In this document: positions 16,475-24,601 of the stretch, in pieces | Numbering within the stretch: position 1 is the stretch's first letter | Layout: each line of letters begins with the position of its first letter | Notes under the pieces: model-generated | Databases searched by the model: none | What the model was told of the DNA's origin: nothing | What the model saw: the letters and a program-made list of their open reading frames with translations, nothing else | Assembly (NCBI GenBank): GCA_031431175.1 | Contig: JANPCY010000003.1 | Span: 1-24,601 of the forward strand | Direction of reading: 5' to 3' | Length of the DNA stretch: 24,601 nucleotides | Source: Steroidobacteraceae bacterium | GTDB taxonomy: Bacteria > Pseudomonadota > Gammaproteobacteria > Steroidobacterales > Steroidobacteraceae | Translations under genes and position numbers: made by a program

Positions 16475-18267
16475 TGCGACACACTGCGATTGCCGGGCCG
16501 ACTGATGCGGTCCAGGATGATCGCGAGCAGGACGATGGCAAAACCTGCTTCGAACCCGACATCCACCTGCACGCTGTTCAGCGCGCGCACGACCGGTACC
16601 CCGAGACCGCCGGCGCCGACCAGCGCCGCGATCACGACCATCGACAGGCTCAACATGATGCACTGGGTGACGCCTGCCAATATGGTCGGCAGGGCACTCG
16701 GCAGCTCGATTTTCCACAGCCGCTGCATTGGCGTCGCGCCGAATGCGTCACCCGCTTCGAGTAAGGGTCGTGGCACCGAAGAAATTCCGAGGTGCGTGAG
16801 GCGGATCGGCGCCGGCAGCGCGAAAATGACCGTCGAAATCAACCCGGGCACGACGCCGAGCCCGAACAGGACCAGTGTCGGAATGAGATAAACGAAAGTC
16901 GGCAGGGTTTGCATCAGGTCGAGCACCGGACGCAATGCCGCATACAGCCGCGGCCGATGTGCGGCCGCGATGCCGATCGGCACTCCCATCAGCGTCGAGA
17001 ACAGGGCGGACACAAACACCAGCGACAAGGTCTCGAGCGTCGCAGTCCAATAGCCCTGATTCATGATGAACAGCAGGGCCGCGACGACGAAGATCGCGAG
17101 TCCAATCGAGCGGTGCAGAAGCCAGGCAAGTGCTGCGACCAGCAACATCAGCAGCGGGGCGGGAGTACCCGACAGCAACGCGTTCACGGTGTCGACGGAG
17201 CCGCCGATGACGGTCGAGGTGCCGGCAAAAAATGCCTTGCCGTGCGTCTTGATGAATTCAATGAATGCAGCGACTGTGCGGCCGAGTGGTATCTTGTGAC
17301 CGGTCACCCAGGGCTCGAAGCCGCGCGCGGCGCGCGCCGCAGGCAGCGGCGTAGACGCCTGCAGGGCGGGCTTGCCGTCGAATGTCTGCACTCCCGCGAA
17401 CCAGGTTTCAAGTGCAGCAGGATTGGCCTTCAGCCATTCCTCGGCCGCGGCCTCTGGCGCAAGATGCCGATCCAGGATCGCCGCCATCAACTCGCTTTCG
17501 CCACGCAACGTGAACCTCAGGTTCTTCAACAGGCGACCGACATTCGGGCACTCGCGCAGATAGCCGGCCCGGGTGTTGGTGAAGACGGTGGCACCGCCAA
17601 AGTCGGGCCCGAAGCTCGCATCGCCACCGGCGAGATAACGCATGTCGAAGCGCGTGTTCATCGGGTGCGGTTCCCAGCCGAGAAACACGATGGGTTTTCG
17701 CGCGGCGGTCGCGCGTTCGACCTGCGCCAGCATGCCCTGCTCACTCGATTCCACCAGCTTGAAGTCGCCGAGGCCCAATTGATTTGCCTTGATCAATTCG
17801 AGCACCAGACGATTACCGTCATTGCCGGGCTCGATGCCGTAGATCTGGTGTTTCAGTTCCGCGGCGAAGCGGCTGATATCGGCAAAATCCTTGAGCCCGG
17901 CTTCGTGGATATAGGCCGGCACGGCGAGCGTGTATTTCGCGCCGGTGAGATTGGCGCCGACAACTTCGACGGAACCATCCGCGAAGTAGGCACGACTGTC
18001 GCCCTCCATTGACGGCATCCAGTTGCCGAGGAAGACGTCGATGTCCTTGTTCTTCAGCGATGCATAGGTCACTGGCACGGATAGCACCGTGACCACAGGC
18101 ACGTAGCCGAGATTGCGCAGCAGGTGACTCGCCAGGCCCGTGGTCGCTGTGACATCGGTCCAACCGATGTCGGAGAACCGCACTGACTGGCACGACGCAG
18201 GCTCCGGCGCGGCGGCGAACGAGCGCATGGGCATCGCTGCCAGCAGCGCCAGGCATACGAATGCCAT
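16471..18267 (-). CDS. choX-choW: Choline ABC transporter substrate-binding protein fused N-terminally to the permease
   Basis: After a signal-peptide-like segment comes CQSVRFSDIGWTDV...DVFLGNWMP...YGIEPGNDGN...VFLGWEPHPMN (ChoX type). An Ala/Pro-rich linker leads in frame to WVTGHKIPLG...LDLMQTLPTFVYLIP...EAGDAFGATP (ChoW type). The ORF is open to 18387; the start could be 18387 or 18267. Confidence 0.85.
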   Translation of the reverse strand: MAFVCLALLAAMPMRSFAAAPEPASCQSVRFSDIGWTDVTATTGLASHLLRNLGYVPVVTVLSVPVTYASLKNKDIDVFLGNWMPSMEGDSRAYFADGSVEVVGANLTGAKYTLAVPAYIHEAGLKDFADISRFAAELKHQIYGIEPGNDGNRLVLELIKANQLGLGDFKLVESSEQGMLAQVERATAARKPIVFLGWEPHPMNTRFDMRYLAGGDASFGPDFGGATVFTNTRAGYLRECPNVGRLLKNLRFTLRGESELMAAILDRHLAPEAAAEEWLKANPAALETWFAGVQTFDGKPALQASTPLPAARAARGFEPWVTGHKIPLGRTVAAFIEFIKTHGKAFFAGTSTVIGGSVDTVNALLSGTPAPLLMLLVAALAWLLHRSIGLAIFVVAALLFIMNQGYWTATLETLSLVFVSALFSTLMGVPIGIAAAHRPRLYAALRPVLDLMQTLPTFVYLIPTLVLFGLGVVPGLISTVIFALPAPIRLTHLGISSVPRPLLEAGDAFGATPMQRLWKIELPSALPTILAGVTQCIMLSLSMVVIAALVGAGGLGVPVVRALNSVQVDVGFEAGFAIVLLAIILDRISRPGNRSVSQ

Positions 18268-18333
18268 GGCTCGAGCGGCCCTTGACCCGCGCGCCCGCGC
18301 GCTGGCACCATCGACGGCCTTCGGGTAATGTTT

Positions 18334-18406
18334 GAATGACCGTTTAGCAGCTTGTATTTGTAGCACGGCGGTTTGTCCGTAGTTCATTGTAATTAAACGT
18401 TAATTC
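18334..18406. promoter_or_regulatory. Two related AT-rich sites in the divergent choXWV / betIB region, candidate BetI operators
   Basis: TAAACGTTAATTC at 18394-18406 (+) and TAAACGGTCATTC at 18346-18334 (-) match at 11/13. They resemble the ATTGAACGTTCAAT-type BetI operator as I recall it (not checked against a matrix). Confidence 0.5.
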
Positions 18407-18493
18407 GTCTGTTCTAGTCTGTAAGCATGGCCTGCCTGAGGCCTGATTCTGGCCGTGGAAAGACGCGATTCTCGTGGTGATGGAGGGCTCCAA

Positions 18494-20567
<2,074 letters not shown>

Positions 20568-20581
<14 letters not shown>

Positions 20582-22232
20582 GGTCTTCGATTTCGTGATC
20601 GTGGGCGCCGGCTCCGCCGGTTGCGTACTGGCCGACAGGCTCACCGAGGATGGCAGGAACAGCGTGCTGTTGCTCGAGTACGGCGGCTCAGACCGCTCGA
20701 TATTCGTGCAGATGCCAACGGCTCTTTCAATTCCGATGGGCATGAAGAAGTACAACTGGTTCTATCACACGGAGCCTGAGCCACATCTCGGCGGACGTCG
20801 AATGCACACGCCGCGCGGCAAGGTTCTGGGCGGTTCATCCTCGATCAATGGCCTTGTTTACGTGCGCGGCAACCCGCAGGATTTTGACCGCTGGGATCAG
20901 GAGGGCGCCACGGGCTGGAGCTATGCGCAGGTGTTGCCGTACTTTCGTCGCGCAGAAACGCGCGCCGAGGGCGGCGATCATTACCGCGGTGATCGGGGCA
21001 AGCTGCAGACCTGCTACGGCACCGTGGCCAATCCATTGCACGCTGCCTGGCTCGCGGCCGCAGGCGAAGCCGGTTATCCGCACACGGGCGATATGAACGG
21101 TTTCCAGCAGGAGGGCTTCGGGCGCATGGACATGACGGTCGGGGCCGGGCGCCGCTCGAGCACCGCCAACGCCTATCTGCGCCCGGCGTTGAAGCGGGAC
21201 AACCTGACAGTGCGCACGCACGCGCTGGCGACAGGCATCCTGTTCAATGGCAGGCGCGCGGCTGGCCTGCGCTATCGCAGGGGTGACGCGCTGCACACGG
21301 TACACGTACGGCGTGAACTGCTGGTATGCGGCGGACCGATCAACTCACCGCAATTACTGAAACTTTCCGGACTCGGACCGGCCGCCGAACTCAAACAGCA
21401 CGGCATTACCGTCACGCGTGACATGCCGGGTGTCGGCGAGAACCTGCAGGATCACCTGGAGTTCTATTTTCAGGTGGCCTGCAGGGAGCCGGTCACTCTT
21501 TACTCGGCGATGAATCCATTTGCCAAGGCGCTCATTGGCGCGCGTTGGCTCTTGCGCAAGGACGGGCTGGGCGCCACCAATCATTTTGAAACCGGCGGCT
21601 TCATCAGGAGCCGCGCGGGCGTACGTTATCCCGACATTCAATATCACTTCCTTCCACTGGCGATCACCTACGACGGCTCCACGCTGGCGCGGGAGCACGG
21701 TTTCCAGGCGCACGTCGGGCCGATGCGCTCAAAGAGCCGCGGCTGGGTGCGTCTTGCGTCGGCGAATCCGCTCGACAAGCCGAAGATATGCTTCAACTAC
21801 CTGAGCCACGCCGACGACTGGCTGGAAATGCGCGCCTGCGTGCGCCTGACGCGCGAAATCTTCGCGCAGCCGGCATTCGAGCGCTACCGCGGCCGCGAGA
21901 TTCAACCGGGCGCGGATGTCGTAACCGACGAACAGATCGACGCATTTATTCGCGACAAGGCCGAGACCGCCTTCCATCCATCCTGCACCTGCAAGATGGG
22001 CAGGCAGGATGACCCAATGGCGGTGGTCGACGCGGAGGCACGGGTGATTGGCATCGATGGCCTGCGCGTCGTGGATTCTTCGATCATGCCGTCGATCACG
22101 ACCGGCAATCTCAACGCGCCGACCATCATGCTGGCCGAAAAAGCGGCGGATCACATCCTCGGCAAGCCGCTGCTGCCGGCCGCCACGCAGGGTTACTTCG
22201 TGGCGCCCGACTGGCAGACGTCACAGCGCTAG
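20568..22232 (+). CDS. betA: Choline dehydrogenase (GMC oxidoreductase)
   Basis: [73 protein letters not shown] and [12 protein letters not shown] 20568 is better spaced from AAAGG than ATG 20562; the gene overlaps the betB end. Confidence 0.95.
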
Positions 22233-22242
22233 CGAGCCTGCG

Positions 22243-24601
22243 CTATTCGTACCCGGCGCCGAAGCGCCAGGTTGCCGTCACGCCATAAGTGCGCGGCTTG
22301 CCGTACACGCCCGCCACGAGGCCCGCGAACAGCGAGCTGTCAAACGCGTAGACGCGGTACGCTTCATCGGTGAGATTGTCGACGAAGGCCGCGACTGCCC
22401 AGCGTCCGCTACCAGCCGCGTAGCCAATGCGTGCATTGGCGACCGAGTACGCCGCTTCCTTTTCAACCGGGGCACACAGGACGGTGAAACAGAACTTGGC
22501 GGAATACTGCAGGTCGGCCTGAACAGAAGCGGTGCCGCCTCCCAGCGGAAATTCATAGCGCGCCAGCGCATTGCCGGAGAAGCTCGGCGCCTGCGGCAGA
22601 TCGTGCTCCACAGACGTGGCGGCATCGGGCAGCACGATGTCCTCGACCTTGGAACTGAGCGCTGACAGGCCGAGCTGCAAGGTCAGCCCGGTGACGGGAT
22701 GGGAGTTGATTTCCGCCTCGAGGCCGTAGGCGGTTGCCGGCAGGTTGATGACCGTCTGGTTATATCCGAGCTGCACAAAGGCCTGGTAGTCCTGGTAGTC
22801 GTAGTAGAAGGCGCTGGCGTTGAAGGTGGTCGTCCCGTTGATCGTGGACTTGATGCCCACTTCGAATGAGTCCAGAACTTCAGGCTTGAATGGAATTCCG
22901 TTCAGGAACTGTGCGTTGGTGCCGAGAGGAGTGAACGGCGGGAAATCGGCGAAAGGCGTGCCCGTGGAAAAGGAAAAGCCGCCGCTCTTGCTGCCGCGGT
23001 TGTAGCTCGCAAACAGCAACACATCATCGGTGACGCGGTAATCGAGCTCGAGGCGGACGGTGAAATCATCAAATGTCGCGTCCGCATCGTCCGGCGTCAG
23101 CGTGATCGGTACAACCGTCTCATCGAAAGGCGCGCCAAAGGCCGTACCGACCACCTGCGTATGGTCAAACGCGATATGCATGTCGTTGCTCGGCTCGTCC
23201 CCATAGTACGCGCCTTTGCGCTGATCGTGCCAGTAACGCAGTCCCGCGATCAGGCTGAGCTTGTCGGTCGCTTTCCACTCGTCCTGTGCAAAGATGGCAT
23301 ATGAGGTCGTCTCCTGCGAGGCGGTGATGACCGGTACGTAGGCGCAGGAAGGGGGGGCGCAACCGGTGAATATGTCGGCATAGAAAGGATCGGCGAACTG
23401 GCCGGTGTAGTCGCCGTCAACTTTCATGCCGTACAGGCCGCCGACGATCTGGTTGTTGCCGAAGGTGCCCGAAAGCCGCAGCTCCTCCGAATACTGCGTG
23501 AGATCGCTGCCCTGGTAGAAAACCACGCCGAGGTCGGGCGAGGCGTCGCCACCTTCGATATAGAACTTGTTGGCGTCCTGGAAATCGGTGATCGACACCA
23601 GGTCGAGGCTGCCGACCTTGGAATCGATGCGAAGCGTGGCGGCCTTGATGGTGCGGTCCACATACGAAAGCGAGGTCTCTTCGGTCGCCCACGGATCGCC
23701 GCCCCGGCTCGGAATGATCGCCGGATTCTGGTAGCCAGTGCCGGTTGCACCCGCGCCTCCTAACCAAGCAGGGCAATCCAGTGTCGGCGGCGTGAATTCT
23801 CCCTGCCTCTGCGCATTCGGACACGCGGGCTCGTGCGAATACAGGCCTGCCTGGCGCTCCTTGTCGGCGCGCAGGTAGCGCAGGATCAGGTTGACGTTCG
23901 TGCTGTCGGTCGGCTGCCAGGCGAGCTGGCCACGCAGCGCGTAATGGTCATTGGCGCCGCGATCTTCCTCGGTGCCGCTGATGTCTTTGATATAGCCGTC
24001 ATCCTGATTGCTGATGAAGGCAATACGTCCCTGCCATTTGTCTGAGAACGGGCCGGACAGCGCACCCTCGAAAATCTGCTGGCTGAAGCGGCCAAAGGTC
24101 GCAGTCGCGTAACCTTCGAATTCATCGGTCGGCCGGCGCGAAATGAACTGGATCGCGCCACCAGTCGCGTTACGGCCGAACAAGGTTCCTTGCGGGCCGC
24201 GCAATGCCTCCACGCGAGCCAGGTCGAACACGGGAAAGCTCGCGAGATTGATTGAGCTGGAGTAGCTGTCGTCCTGGTAGACAGCAACCGGCGGCTCCTG
24301 CTCATCGCCGTAGCTATTCTGCGCGACGCCCCGGATGTTGAACACGACCTGCGAAGACGAGTATGCGTTCATCTTCAGGCTCGGCACGGCGCGCACGATG
24401 TCCGTTGCGGTCTTGATGTTGAGATTCTGCAGCGTCTCCTCGCCGAGCGGAGTCACCGATATGCCGACGTCCTGAATGTTCTGCTCGCGGCGCTGGGCTG
24501 TCACCACGATCTCGGCGAATGGCACGACTTCCGTCCCGGTCTCCGCCTCTTGAGCCAGGGCGGCCGGCGATTCCCCGGCAATGAGGGCCGTACAGGCGGC
24601 C
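22243..24601 (-). CDS. TonB-dependent receptor, 5' end beyond the window
   Basis: The frame is open to the window edge (AACTALIAGESPAALA-QEAETGTEVVPFAEIVVTAQRREQ). It has the EIVVTAQRRE TonB-box region, a plug motif VEALRGPQGTLFGRNATGGAI, and C-terminal AFVDNLTDEAY and PRTYGVTATWRF. Confidence 0.92.
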   Translation of the reverse strand, partial: AACTALIAGESPAALAQEAETGTEVVPFAEIVVTAQRREQNIQDVGISVTPLGEETLQNLNIKTATDIVRAVPSLKMNAYSSSQVVFNIRGVAQNSYGDEQEPPVAVYQDDSYSSSINLASFPVFDLARVEALRGPQGTLFGRNATGGAIQFISRRPTDEFEGYATATFGRFSQQIFEGALSGPFSDKWQGRIAFISNQDDGYIKDISGTEEDRGANDHYALRGQLAWQPTDSTNVNLILRYLRADKERQAGLYSHEPACPNAQRQGEFTPPTLDCPAWLGGAGATGTGYQNPAIIPSRGGDPWATEETSLSYVDRTIKAATLRIDSKVGSLDLVSITDFQDANKFYIEGGDASPDLGVVFYQGSDLTQYSEELRLSGTFGNNQIVGGLYGMKVDGDYTGQFADPFYADIFTGCAPPSCAYVPVITASQETTSYAIFAQDEWKATDKLSLIAGLRYWHDQRKGAYYGDEPSNDMHIAFDHTQVVGTAFGAPFDETVVPITLTPDDADATFDDFTVRLELDYRVTDDVLLFASYNRGSKSGGFSFSTGTPFADFPPFTPLGTNAQFLNGIPFKPEVLDSFEVGIKSTINGTTTFNASAFYYDYQDYQAFVQLGYNQTVINLPATAYGLEAEINSHPVTGLTLQLGLSALSSKVEDIVLPDAATSVEHDLPQAPSFSGNALARYEFPLGGGTASVQADLQYSAKFCFTVLCAPVEKEAAYSVANARIGYAAGSGRWAVAAFVDNLTDEAYRVYAFDSSLFAGLVAGVYGKPRTYGVTATWRFGAGYE

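Noticed and set aside
22243-22263. Second receptor ends in RFGAGYE rather than a terminal Phe, suggesting a pseudogene
   Set aside because: The frame is intact with a complete last beta-strand, and short tails after the Phe occur in TonB receptors.

Overview
GC-rich window from a diderm bacterium (two TonB-dependent receptors, probably a proteobacterium; host is an inference). Almost all of it concerns choline, quaternary-amine and glycerol metabolism. On the + strand, left to right: a ProV/OpuA-family ABC ATPase, a double-domain permease, a choline-kinase-family phosphotransferase, a GcvT-fused FAD oxidoreductase, glpD, glpK, a TonB-dependent receptor and a secreted phospholipase C/AcpA-family phosphoesterase. 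On the - strand: a choline ABC transporter (choX and choW fused in one ORF, then choV) and a GFA-family gene. Divergent from these are a single ORF fusing the BetI repressor to BetB, then betA, then a convergent second TonB-dependent receptor cut by the window end. A ~1 kb unit carrying a REP-associated-type HUH tyrosine transposase interrupts the left operon; it has imperfect inverted ends and a triplicated 13-bp junction. Most notable: the BetI-BetB repressor-enzyme fusion, the N-terminal ChoX-ChoW fusion, the transposase unit whose ends overlap its neighbours' stop and start codons, and the overall look of a phosphatidylcholine/glycerophosphocholine utilisation locus. No rRNA, tRNA or CRISPR array was recognised. 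All family calls are from motif recognition by eye; no database search was run.
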